This document shows, one piece after another, positions 51,650-64,000 of a DNA stretch of 64,000 bases (position 1 is its first letter; each line of letters opens with the position of its first letter). The stretch lies in assembly GCF_009914755.1 (NCBI RefSeq), contig NC_060937.1; one strand, written 5' to 3'. The position numbers and the translations under genes were made by a program. The DNA comes from the human T2T-CHM13v2.0 reference genome, Homo sapiens. The notes under the pieces are model-generated. The model did no database searches and had not been told where the DNA came from. It was given only the letters and a program-made list of their open reading frames with translations.

Positions 51650-52250
51650 AAGGTTAAATAGCCATTCTGGTAGGAAACAGCTTGAGCAAAGGCATCTAGG
51701 CAGAAAATCTCAGAATGTATTCAAATTGGAGTATACATTAAATGGAAAAAATGGGAGGTAGGTCTAGATAAGAAGTGCTTTGAATTTCCTGATAAAGAAA
51801 ATAAAATGTACTCTATAAAAAAAATGAGGAACTGTGGAAAGTTTTTGAGTAGGGCAGTGAAATGCACAAACTTTGCTGTCTGAAGAGTTTCCTGGTACTC
51901 AAAGGAGAAATATTTGGAAGGGGAGATTTAGGAGTTTATAATAAAAGAGAAAAACATGATAATCAATAATCAATCACTTTGTCAGTGAATAGGAAGTCTT
52001 ATTATATGTGGTGTAGAATAGACAGGAGGCAAACGTCAAGATTGATTCTAAAATTTTAAGTTTTTCACTGTTTAATGAAATAGTAGGCCCTTGATAAATG
52101 GTTTTGAAAGGCTGGTTAACTAGATAAATAGGGGAGTTCTGCTGGCAGATTGTTGGATATAGAAGAACAGAATGTGTTTTGCTGAGCAGCCAAGGATATG
52201 CTAAATCAGTTAATTTTGAAACTGTAAAAAAGAGCATATTCCTAATCAAT
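51650..52250 (-). mobile_element. L2 fragments
   Basis: AAACAGCTTGAGCAAAGGCA...GGAAAGTTTTTGAGTAGGGCAGTGA...GGCAGATTGTTGGATATA. Confidence 0.55.
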
Positions 52251-52824
52251 TCCTAGGATTCAAAACTCAAATGACATTTATCTGTGTATCTGAAACCTGA
52301 ATGGTGATCATGGACTATCATTTTCTTTCTTATTAAACTGGTAAGTTTATTTTAAAAGAAACTCTGATTTTTCCTGTTAATGGAGGCAACATGTACTTCA
52401 TTAGCCTAGGGCAGGCATTGGCAACCCACAGTAGACAGGCCAAGGCAGCAGGAGATGATCACCAGTGCTTAATGTTACCATTCTAACCATCAAACAAAAT
52501 GCCAGTAGGCTGTTAGTCCTTCTTTTACCTCCTCCAGGTTCCATCTTCTCACATGACATCTCCAGTCTCTTGGTACATGCACATTGCCTTCCTGGTGATT
52601 CAAATTATTCAGAGTACAACCCTGTCCCTCCCGCCCCCAAAACTCTCAGTTCCATATGTCCCATTGCACATTTTTGAATAAATTTACCTCTCTCAAGACC
52701 TACCCATTTAAAAAAATCGCTTCTCTTTCTACTCCTCTTCAATCCATTTTCTTTTTTACTTGCAAGTCCAAGCAAAATTCGTGTTGCTTTAGAGGGACTG
52801 ATTGCAGCCTGGTGTCAGGAGAAA

Positions 52825-53227
52825 AATACTCATATGTGTCAACTTGGCTGGGCTACAGCACCTAATTATTTAATCAAAGTCTAATTTAGGTGTTACCGGG
52901 AAGCTATTTTATAGATGTGGTCAACATTTACGATTAGTTGACATTAGGTAGAGGAGATTACTGTAGATAATACAGGCAGGCCCCATCTAATCAGTTGAAA
53001 GTCCTTAGGATTAAAAATTGAGATTACCTAGACAAGGAGGAAATTCTGCCTCCAGACCACAACATCAACTCCTGCTGTCAAGTTTCCAGCATGTTGGCCT
53101 GCTCAACAGATTTTAGACTTGCCAGCCCCACAATCACATAAGCCAATTCCTCTCTCTCTCTCTCTCTTTCTCTCTCCCCCTCTCAATTCTACTGGTTCTG
53201 TGTTCCTGGATAACCCTCACTGAAACA
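52825..53227 (+). mobile_element. MLT2D-like ERVL solo LTR
   Basis: TATGTGTCAACTTGGCTGGGCTACAG...CTAATCAGTTGAAAG...AAATTCTGCCTCCAGAC...CTTGCCAGCCCCACAATCAC...(CT)n...CTACTGGTTCTG...AACCCTCACTGAAACA. Confidence 0.85.
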
Positions 53228-53679
53228 AGTTCTTTGAAGTTATTTGCATGGTGGTGTGACTGACCAACACTGAAACTTAAATGGGAGTGTCAGCACCATT
53301 TGTGAAATGGTACCAACTATTTTGAAAAACAAAATTTGCCTTCATAGTATAGCTCAAAGGGTGATGCTGCCTATCCCCCCTACCTGTTTAAACTGGCTTT
53401 CACTTGGAATAAAATTTGTGTAATTAGAATTAGTGGCACCTACTGATGGAGTAATACTAGATCTGGCCTAGAGCTGAATGTGCCAGAAGCCATCAGCTAT
53501 CTCTTAAATGTAGAGGGAAACTTTTCCGGTCAAAACCAAAAAATTTTGAACCTTAGCACTGGGGATTTGCAAGAGATCTCAGCCATCATTCAGACCGGAC
53601 TTTTTATTTCAAATATAATGAAATAGAGGCCCAGGGAAAACTGTGTTGTGCAAAGCCACAGTCACTGGAATTATAACAT

Positions 53680-54560
<881 letters not shown>

Positions 54561-55554
54561 TTAAAAAATAAAATAGAATCCACAAAACCATTCCTCAATA
54601 AATGGTGGGTATTGTTATTATTAATATTGTTGTTTGTTTTGTTGTAGTTGTTGATATTCTTGTGCCGCTGCCAGGTACTTACTGCTATTTAGCAAGAAAC
54701 TACAAAGAGATCACAGCCTGGAGTTCAATAGCCTATGCTAGGGTCTAATAGCCTATGCTAGGTTGATCAGAGGGTAAAATATATCTATATTTCTTTGGGA
54801 AAAATGCACCAAAGCATATCCCAATTATGCTGTTGATTTTAAAATTTTTCATCTGCATCTTTTAGCCAGGCTCTATTCTCCCTGGAATAAAGTAAAATGT
54901 GGTTTATGCTTCAGGCAAATGTATAATGGCATGCAAACCACTCCACCTCTTTCGTTTCCTCTCTAACTAGGCACCGGATTCTTTCTTTTTTTGGAAATTT
55001 ATGGGAATTGACCTCAGATAATACATAAATTGCAAAGTGCTTCCTTTTCTTATATAGCATTTTACATTATTCCTATTTTTTCCCCTCTAGAAAGTGTGAA
55101 ATTGCATATCTTAAAATGGAATCTGTGCAGCAGTTTTTTATATTTTTAAATATTTAGCAGTACACAGTGTTTACTTTCTATGTTTCATTCTTGAATATTG
55201 TGTTTTATAGAAGACTATCAAGGAGTTTTCTTTTTCATTTTTATAGTAGGCTTCAAACTCCTGTAGGCCTGTGTTCATTCATTTGCCTTCTGCTGTGTTT
55301 GAACTCCTCTCCTAGGGTAGAAGTAATGTTTATGATTGGTCACCACATTATGCAGTCTTTGGTGAGGAAGGATGAGAGATGGCTAAGGGATATTTGGAAG
55401 AGTCTTTTATGACAACTGAAGAATATACATTAGACACTTGCGCATGGTGGTTATAAAAATCTTTACCTCCACACATGAGTTAATATGTGTAACTTGCTTA
55501 GCATGATTCCTGACACATAGCAGATATATATCAAATATGTTATTTCCTTTCTGT

Positions 55555-56018
55555 TTATCAATCAGGGAACAAGACCAACAGGACTTTAAATGTGCACACA
55601 AATACATAAGAGATTTATTTTAAGTGACTTGAAATTGGCTCCAGTGAATGTGGAGGGAGGTGTTTGAAATTTGTAGGCCAACCAGCTACAAATTCAGATA
55701 AGAGTTGATGTTGCAGTCTTGAGTCTGAAATCCATACAGTGGGCTTAGATTGGAAAGTCAGGCAGGATTTCTATGTTTCAGTCTTGAGGCAGAATTCCTT
55801 TTACTCTAGGGAACCTTGGTTTTTGCCTTCAAGGCCTTCAATGGATTATATGAAGCACCTCTATCTTATAAAATGTAATCTCCTTTACCTAAAGTCAAAT
55901 GACTGTGGATGTTAATCACATCAACAAAATACCTTCACAACAACATCCAGACTAATGCTGGACCAAACAAGTGAGCACCATAGCTCGAACAAGTTGACAC
56001 ATAAAATTAACCATCACA
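55555..56018 (-). mobile_element. MLT2C/D ERVL solo LTR
   Basis: GAGTTGATGTTGCAGTCTTGAG...CAAAATACCTTCACA...AAGTTGACACATAAAATTAACCATCACA. Confidence 0.85.
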
Positions 56019-58647
56019 CCTTTATTTTAACTCCTCCTTTCCCACATGTAAAGGGAAGTAGGGATCTATCAAGAAACCAGAGGTGTTTTATTACTTCAAT
56101 TTCAAGATCTCAGTTTTATGAACTCACCGAATTCTTTTAATGAACATAAACAGCAAGACGTCTTGAGAACAAGATACAGTGCAGTTTTGAATAAGAGAAA
56201 GAAAAAGAAGGTTTGTGCTGATTTTGGAACTAAGGTTAGAAGAAGGAGAGGTGAGAGCACCCCAAAGATGATGCAACTGTCTTCCTGGTTTGGCCAGCTT
56301 CTGCTAATTCTCCATGACTTTTACAGTAGTACTGAGAGTTGTGGGTTGGAGGGAAAACATAGAAAGGATAGGCTCCCTCAATGCACAATATTAGGGAACT
56401 TCCCTGCTACAAAACAGGGGTGTCATGGGCTGAGTGAGGCAAGGCCTGTTGTGATTCTCTGCAAGCATCCTAGATAAGTCCAAAGAAATTCCCAGATCCT
56501 TCTTCAGTATAGCAGTATAGACACAGACCAGAGTCGTCTTTGAGTCCAGGTTGAGAATGGGCATTGAAGAAACAATCTCCAGAGCAGAAAGAAAATGAGC
56601 TTGAATGAAACAAGAGTTCATCATATGCTGGTGGTAAAGTTGCTTAACCTTTCAGCTGAGCTAAGTATTTAGACATGTAGGTGGATAATATTAACCACCG
56701 ACCTATTTAATAGGGCAAATGAGTTAAAACTATAAGATTTTAAATTCACATCAATCAGCAAATTCAAAGCACAGCACTATAATTAGAAACTCACAATTAC
56801 CCGTAGAATATCCATGTGGGCAAAATTAAAGCATACTGAAAATTGTTAGAAGTTGTTTTAATTTCGGGTATAGCCTGGTTCAAATGAGTTGATTCCTTTA
56901 TTCTCAGCATGATGGGATACCTACATATAACATAGACTTCCTTTAGAGACGGAATTTTCTGCTATTTTAGAAACTAGGTGCCGATCTTTCTTAGGCCATG
57001 GTCAACAACTTAAAACAGAAAACTTAAATCAGTGACTTGAGGAGGTCTCCAAGGTGAAATTTGTTAATAGTGAACACAAAAGACTGCTCTTCTAGAGAAC
57101 TGACTTGGCTACTGACTTTAGTAGATCACATCATTTTACTGCATATTTTTGTAAGGCCTGTTAAGGTATTATGAACATATATTTTATATGTCAGGTTAAC
57201 TATTTTAAGTCAGATAAGCAGAAACATATTCAATGGCTGATTTTCAAGGATTCTCTTAGGATTTGCATTTGGGTAGGCAATATATGTGCAAATACACTTG
57301 ATTCACTGCCTTTTGAAATATTTCTTTTCAATACTTACTCATTTTGAGCAAGACAGAACAAATGCACAGTAATCCCCTTTTTAACAGAGATTTTTTTCAG
57401 GCTGAGAATCTTGAGCCTCCCATAAAATTGGTATAAATGACTTAAACAGTGGTATAAATGACTTAAATGTTTCCTGGATTATTTACATAAAAGGCAATGT
57501 TACACTATGGTAATAATGGGGGCAATACATTTTGGAGGCTGGAAAGTCAGCTACATAAGTCATCTTTGGAAGACTGAGCACCAGGTCTTTGCATTGTTAG
57601 GCTGGTATTTGTTTAATGTGATTTTTCAGAAAAAGTTATCAGAAAAGCTTTCCCTATAAGCAGCCATATGACCTCCAGGAAGTAGTTAAGAGAAATGTAA
57701 TGGCACTATTTGATATAGTATAGGTTATATCTTTGGAAGGGATCCAATTTTTTCCAGTCTTTATTCACTAGGGAGTAAAATTATTGCCTCATAAAACAAG
57801 AGAAATGTCCAGTTATTTCTTAAGTAGAAACCTATTAACTTTACCACTGTCACCAGTTTCTTCCACAACATTAAAATCTTTTCAGCCTTGTGGCAGGGAG
57901 GATGTTACATACCCGGGTTTAGTGATCCAAGGACAATTATTTTGAAAAATATATATTTCCTTGAAAGACCCAATTTTGAAAGAACTAATTCTTAGAATTG
58001 ATGTTCCAATGAATCACTGGATTCATAACAGCATTTTTCTCAAAAACCTTTTGCGTATGTCAAAACTATCAGCCAGGGCATAAAAAAGTTGAGTTTTAAT
58101 AGTAAAGAAAATTTATGATTGAAAAAGAGAGCTTGATTATTGAAATGCATTATGATGTTTCACCATATTGAATTAAAGTTTAATTTATTTGGAAAACCTG
58201 GATAGACATCTCCAATTTCTATCAGAATACTGCCATTGTATAGAATATTCCTTTAGGTTACACTGAGTGTTATAGTCCCCTTTCCACTTGAGAGGCAAAT
58301 AAAAATGCTTTACTTACCTACAATGTCTGGATGAGAATGAATTAAATTCATCTGAGAAGATGTGATGGTTCCCACAGAAGAGGAGAGAGAAGGTCATTTA
58401 GACTTTGCTCCATTCTGCTTTGGTTATATATTGTAAAGAACTGGCCAAGAACTAAGACCAGACTTAACCAAGAATGATGTTTGTCTCTCACACAGATGAT
58501 CTAGTTGCCGTGGCTCTTAGGTTGAGCCTCTTAATAGCCAAGCCCTTTGCATCCATTTCTAATTGTTCCTTAGCTGAGAATCTAATATCCAGCCAAGTTG
58601 GGTCTGGAATTTGTGCAAACATATCTGAACTATTCTTGGCCAAGATG

Positions 58648-59618
58648 TGTAGTTAGAATTTGGTTAGACTGCAAGCCATCATATCTTGGCTGACGTTTTC
58701 CAAGAGTACACCTTGAGACCAGGACTTTAGCGATTCTCAGAGGACGAGTGAGGACGAGTGAGGTGATGAAGAAAGTGAGACAAGAAAGGGAGAAAAGCCA
58801 CTAAGTGTATTTTGAAGGGTAAATTACCTCTTTGGGAAACTAGGGACTCAAGTACAGTGAGCACCCTTTAAAAAATCAAGAGGATTAGTGAGAATTGTCT
58901 ACCAGAAGGACAGGGATTATTTTTCAGTAGCGGAAGGTTGCCCTCAAAGATGCCAACTGCCCCGTAGTGCATAGTACCAAGTTGCAGCTGTGCCCTACTC
59001 ACCAAGTTTCTATAGGGCTAGAGAAAAGCCTCAAGCAGGGAATGGAGAGACACAGGATCTTAGGCTAGAAAACTATGTCCTGAAACTGCAGGTGAACTCA
59101 GAGGTGAGCTGAGAAACTATGAAGACGGATATCAAAAATATCTGCTACAAACAATAAACTCAGAAATAATGGTGCCTTTGAAGAGTAGAGGGCTACTTCT
59201 TTCACATAAGATAAATCCGGAGGTAGATAGTCCAGACTAATTTTGTCATCTTTACAATCTTCAGATCCCAAAACTCTTCCCAGCCTGCTATTTTGCTATC
59301 ATTATGGTGGGTTCACCTTCAAAATTTAAAATGGCTGCCATCATATGGTAATGATATCTATATCCAAGGTGGTAGAACTTAGGAAGGGGCACAGAAGGCC
59401 TGTCCTTCTCATTTAAGGAGATATTCTGGAAACACAATAAAATATTTCTGCCTATATCACATCAGTTAGAATTCAATGACAGGATCACATCTTGCTATAA
59501 AACACATTGAGAAATACAACCTTGACTGCAGGTTGCCATGTGTCTAACTGAAAAGGTGGTTTTATTAGTATGAATGATAGGGAGAATGGGATATTGGCAC
59601 CTAACCATCTTTGCATTG
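58648..59618 (-). mobile_element. MLT1J/K-like LTR split by LTR16-type LTR (arms 58648-58680 and 59150-59618)
   Basis: TGTAGTTAGAATTTGGTTAGACTGCAA | AACAATAAACTCAGAAATAATGG...AAAATGGCTGCC...GGGAGAATGGGATATTGG. Confidence 0.7.
58683..59149 (-). mobile_element. LTR16-family ERVL solo LTR
   Basis: TCTTGGCTGACGTTTTCCAAGAG...CCTTGAGACCAGGA...GTGAGACAAGAAAGGGAGAAAAGCCA...ATCTGCTACA. Confidence 0.7.
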
Positions 59619-59904
59619 TAGGGTCTTCATCAACCAGAGTTATTGTGGCTGTATAAATGGAATCAATAAAGGGTAAGAATAAATAAGAGTAGTAATATTA
59701 ATACATTGACTACTTGAGGATCCTGAAATTACTGGGTCATGTTCCTCTTTGAAGGCTGACCATCTTCACAAAATTTAAGATAATGACCTTGCTTACAAAA
59801 GTGATCATGGATTATTTGCTTTAAATAAATGAGTTTACCTGTATTCTTCCCAGTTATTTGTATAATAAATACAGAGTTATAATAATGTCAATGGCAGTAA
59901 TGAT

Positions 59905-60273
59905 TATATTAGTCTGCTAAGGCTGCCATATCAAAATACCACAGACTAGGTGGATTACAGAAAAGAAAGTTATTTTTCACAGTTCTGGAGGCTGGAAGTC
60001 CAAGATCAAATGTTAGCAGGTTTGGTTTCTCTTTTGCTTGCAGACAGCCACATTCTTGCTGTGTCTTCACATGACCTTTCCTTGCATGAGCATACCCCTG
60101 GGGTCTCTTTCTTTTCTCACGAAGACCCCAGTCTTATTGGATTAGGGGCCCATCCTTATAACCATATTTAACCTTAATCATGTCTTTGTAGGCCCTTTCT
60201 CTAAATACAGTCACATTGGAGGTCAAGATTTTAACATGTAAATTTGGTATGGGGACACAATTCATGCATAACA
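59905..60273 (-). mobile_element. MLT1B MaLR solo LTR inserted in a MIR
   Basis: TATTAGTCTGCTAAGGCTGCCATA...GTTCTGGAGGCTGGAAGTCCAAGATCAA...ATTGGATTAGGGGCCCA...GGGGACACAATTCA...ATAACA. Flanks ATGAT/GTGAT. Confidence 0.88.
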
Positions 60274-60482
60274 GTGATAATAAATACCAATTTAGTGCTT
60301 CCTATGTGTTGAGCCTGATGCTAAGTGTTTTAAATAGATTAATCTATTTAACCTATATAGTAGCACTAAATAAGAAATTAGATTCCTCATTTTACAAGGA
60401 AGGAAACAAATGGAGGGAAACTGACACATACCCAAATTTGTAAAGAACAAGTGAGGGCAGCAGACCTTTGCCAGAGCCTGGG
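60274..60482 (-). mobile_element. MIR
   Basis: AGTGCTTCCTATGTGTTGAG...GCTAAGTGTTTTA...CCTCATTTTACAAGGAAGGAAAC...CCAGAGCCTG. Confidence 0.65.
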
Positions 60483-60539
60483 TTTTTTTTTTTTTTTTAA
60501 TTATGCTTTAAGTTTTACGGTACATGTGCACAACATGCA
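60483..60539 (-). mobile_element. Extremely 5'-truncated L1PA 3' end (~40 nt plus poly-A)
   Basis: T16-AATTATGCTTTAAGTTTTACGGTACATGTGCACAACATGCA matches the primate L1PA terminal sequence. Confidence 0.85.
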
Positions 60540-62154
60540 TGTTCTTAAACCACTGTGTGATGGTGCTTGTGAGATGATGCAGAGGACACGGAGTTCCCTG
60601 CATGAGAGATGGAGAAGTGCTATAGGTGGTCCCAGATGGAGAAAGAACTATTGGTTGTAGGTGATGTTGGAGGAGGATGCTTCGAAACAACTCTTCAAAA
60701 AGAGAATCTTCATCTTCCCCTGAACAAACAGATGTATATCCAAGAATGGCAAGTAGAGGCTAAAATAGCCATTTATAACTGGTAGTGGCCGAAGGATGTG
60801 GCCTTAGGTCAGTTAGTCAAACGAATTAGCTAGTGGAATTAGGCAGACTCAGATACTCAATGGCCCCATGCACAGGCCCAATTGAGCCTCCCAACTTCTA
60901 CAGGATGGAGTGTCTGGAACAGCTGTGGAAAGTCAACTCCCTCCCAGTTTTAAGCTCCCAAGAAGAATATTGGTGGAACCAAGCTGAACAAACTTATTAC
61001 TTTTTCCCAGAGGTAACTATCAGGTCTGTCCTTCTCATTAGTGGGCAGAAAGAGTAAAAGGAGCATACAGCTTATGAAAAGTCTCTTTCCCCAGAAACCA
61101 GAAAAAGGTAATTCTAGATAACAGGATTTAATGGAAGTTTCTTTGAGCTTGTCTGGGCAGCTTGGGAGTCTTTTCACCATTATAAATTGGCATCCACTCT
61201 GAGGCTGAGACAAGGGGAAAGAAGATCTTTTTTTTTCCTCATTATTTGTGAAATCTTAAAAATGGAATTAATTTTGTATTGGTTGGGAGCAATACAAATC
61301 ATTCAAATAATGTTAAGAGGCAACCAGGCTTGGGATTGTGTGTAGTAGCTACGGTTTGGGAATAAATGGATGCTTTGGTAATATTAATACATTTGAGCCA
61401 TTACACCATGAATAATAGAAAAGAACAATATGTAAATTTCTCACAAAAATTCAGGAAATTTCTCTCTAAATAATGGCTCTGCTTTCAGGAAGAAAACAGT
61501 AGATCTAAACAAAGGAATCAGAGCCAATAGAAGAGAATAGAATTTTAATCATTTTCTTGGCACGTTCAGCCTGTGATGAACATTCATTAACTGATCAATA
61601 AGCTATTTTTTTCTATCTCTTAAGTCAGAGTTGACACATAAAAATGAAGAAAAGTAAACATTTTTTAATTCTCCAGAAAAATAAAGCCTACTGCCAACAA
61701 ATTTAGCCACATTAAAAAATAATACGTTTTGGCAGATGGTTTCATGCACCTTTATTTAAGAATTCCTCCCTATACCCTAACATTTGAGGTCTACAAAGGT
61801 AAACCAGAATGGAGACTTGAGAACTTATGGAGAAAAATGGAATAAAAAAATCTTCCCTAAAAATTGTTCATGTAAGGTAAAATTACATTGTTGGCATGGC
61901 CCTAGACAGTGGACTGATTGAGGATTCACTTCATGGATATAAAGTTGGCTCTGGTTTCTCCTGAAGAATATAATACCTACATTTTCATGCTTGTGGATGC
62001 ATAAAAGTAGAGTTTTTAATTTGTTGTGCATCAAACTGTGTTTTTCAGTTTTCTTTTTTTTCAATTAATCCCTCTCCACTTGCAAATCTCACAAATAGAA
62101 TGTGATGATGTTGTTTAGTCATTTTATTTGATACTTCTAGATAGTTAATCTAAT

Positions 62155-62282
62155 TTTGAAAAAATTATTTAATAATTTTAATAATATAATAATTCTATTA
62201 ATTAAATTCTATTAATTTAATTTAATAATTTTAAAAAATTTTAATATTTAAAAATTATTTAATAATATACAATAAATTTTGG
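62155..62282. repeat. AT-only low-complexity tract
   Basis: About 125 bp almost devoid of G/C, with internal repeats such as AAAAATTATTTAATAAT. Confidence 0.85.
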
Positions 62283-63637
62283 GAGCTTTTTAATTTTGTA
62301 ATTGAAATCCTTGGTTGTGTTTTAAACATAGTTTAATTAAATTAGGTAGCTAACAAACTTTACTTTTTTCTCTGTACAGCGTTGGTGTTGTGTTAGAGAT
62401 ATGGGATGACTCAAGGCTTCAAACAGATCCTTCCCCTTCTCTTTTCCTCCCCCTTTCCTCTTCCTTCATCATCTTCATCTCCTTTTTTGCTATGCTCTTC
62501 TTTTATGCAGACTGTTTAAGGTAAATTATATATATATATATAATTTAATTAAAGGTTCATCTAGAGTTAACTGTTATGTAGGTTTGAAAATGTGTATTGA
62601 GCTCAACTTAAAATTTTTTCCAGAATATCATTTGACATCAAGATACTAGTATATGCTCACATTAAAAAATGTTTATTGTTTAAGACTCTTTAATATTTAT
62701 TAATTTTTTCATTTAAAATATGTTTCTCCGAAAAGCTCTTTAATGAAATTATGACTTTTGGGTTATTTTGTTACTCATTCACTTATACAAGCTTGAGATA
62801 TTCTATACACGTTTGTGCTAAATAAAAAACGATCTTTTACTTCAACATGTGAAAATGAAAACAGTGACTTCTTCAGCAACAATATTACCAAAACAGTTTT
62901 TATATAACTGCTTTTCTATTGCTCTCAGTATTATCAGGACTGGTATCCGAGGGTTTAGTAAATTTGGAGCTTTATAATTTAAATCCAATCATTTTTACTC
63001 AAGACCAATTCTCTGTTCTTTGGATTACTGATTTTGGAAGCTTGGAAAAACATGTCCTCAAAAGTAGGGTTCTTTCAACTGGAAATGTTGGTTTTACATG
63101 CGCTGTCGCTTAGCCTTCTCTAATGATTTTTAGCAGATGGGTGTCAGAGCAAGCAAAAAGCTTGAAGTGGCTTTTACTTGTATAGTTAGGATTGGAGAGT
63201 CTTCCAAACACAAATAACTTTATTTTTTCCTCTGAATATGAATTTGGTGCTGATGAAAGGGTCAGGCAGATAACTGTTGGCCTTGTAAAGAGTTTTCTAG
63301 AAAATACATGACATATGGGTAAAAATTCTTCCTCTTATAATTTACCCCTGATTTAAAAGATTTAAAAGATTCCCACTTTGAGGACCAAAGAAGCAGTTTT
63401 CTGTGAGTGACCTGAGATTCTTGGAAATTTCAGCTAAAGCTTTGTGCAATGCTTTAAAGTGGTGGTTGAAAGCAACAGCCTGCTAAACTTCAGAAAGTAG
63501 ACATCCTCAGAATTTCTAATAGTATATGTGAATAAATGTACTTCCTTTAAAATGCACACTAAACGTATGCCAAATATGCAAACTTTAATTGTATATACAT
63601 GCATATAGATACTCTTGCTATTTTAAAAATTAATTTT

Positions 63638-63912
63638 GGCTGGGCACAGTGGCTCACGTCTGTAATCCCAACACTTTGGGAGGCTGAGGCGGGTAGATCA
63701 CCTGAGGTAAGGAGTTCGAGATCAGCCTGGCCAACATAGCGAAACCCTGTCTCTACTAAAAATACAAAAATTAGCCAGGCATGGTGGCAAGCAACTGTGG
63801 CCCCAGCAACTCAGGAGGCTGAGGCAGGAGAATTGCTTGAACCCGGGAGGCAGAGGTTCCAGTGAGCCAAGATCGCGCTACTGCACTCCACAAAAAAATA
63901 AAAGATAACAAT
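63638..63912 (+). mobile_element. AluS (Sx-like) lacking the last ~28 nt of the right monomer
   Basis: Normal to ...CTACTGCACTCCA, then directly C-(A)n. Flanks TAAAAATTAATTTT / TAAAAAATCCATTTT. Confidence 0.93.
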
Positions 63913-64000
63913 AAAAAATCCATTTTGAATGAGCGTATCATAGTAAAATATCTCTGATGTGGAACATTGATTTAAAGCATTTTCGTGTTTGGAACACAGT

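Overview
Primate (very probably human) AT-rich intergenic DNA. About half is interspersed repeat: Alu, L1, L2, MIR, HAL1, MaLR/ERVL/ERV1 solo LTRs, and hAT and Tc1/mariner DNA transposons. I find no intact protein-coding gene, RNA gene or CRISPR array. The only gene-derived sequence is a 5'-truncated, spliced, multiply disabled retrocopy of ZNF646 on the minus strand (~47,907-49,473). From memory this is ZNF646P1, which would place the window in the 13q14.3 gene desert; I have not verified that. The most notable structures are four. (i) The retrocopy has landed inside the terminal inverted repeat of a Tigger3b transposon, which supplies an in-frame ATG, and a co-oriented MaLR LTR lies directly upstream. 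(ii) An old L1MA copy has its 5'UTR joined directly to the RT region between matching target-site duplications. (iii) An L1PA copy carries an in-frame internal deletion. (iv) An extended MADE1 hairpin carries a compensatory change. I see no convincing evidence for a new biological system; the findings are hypotheses about retrotransposition history and possible exaptation. Repeat subfamily names come from remembered consensus sequences and need RepeatMasker/Dfam confirmation. Boundaries of old elements are approximate.
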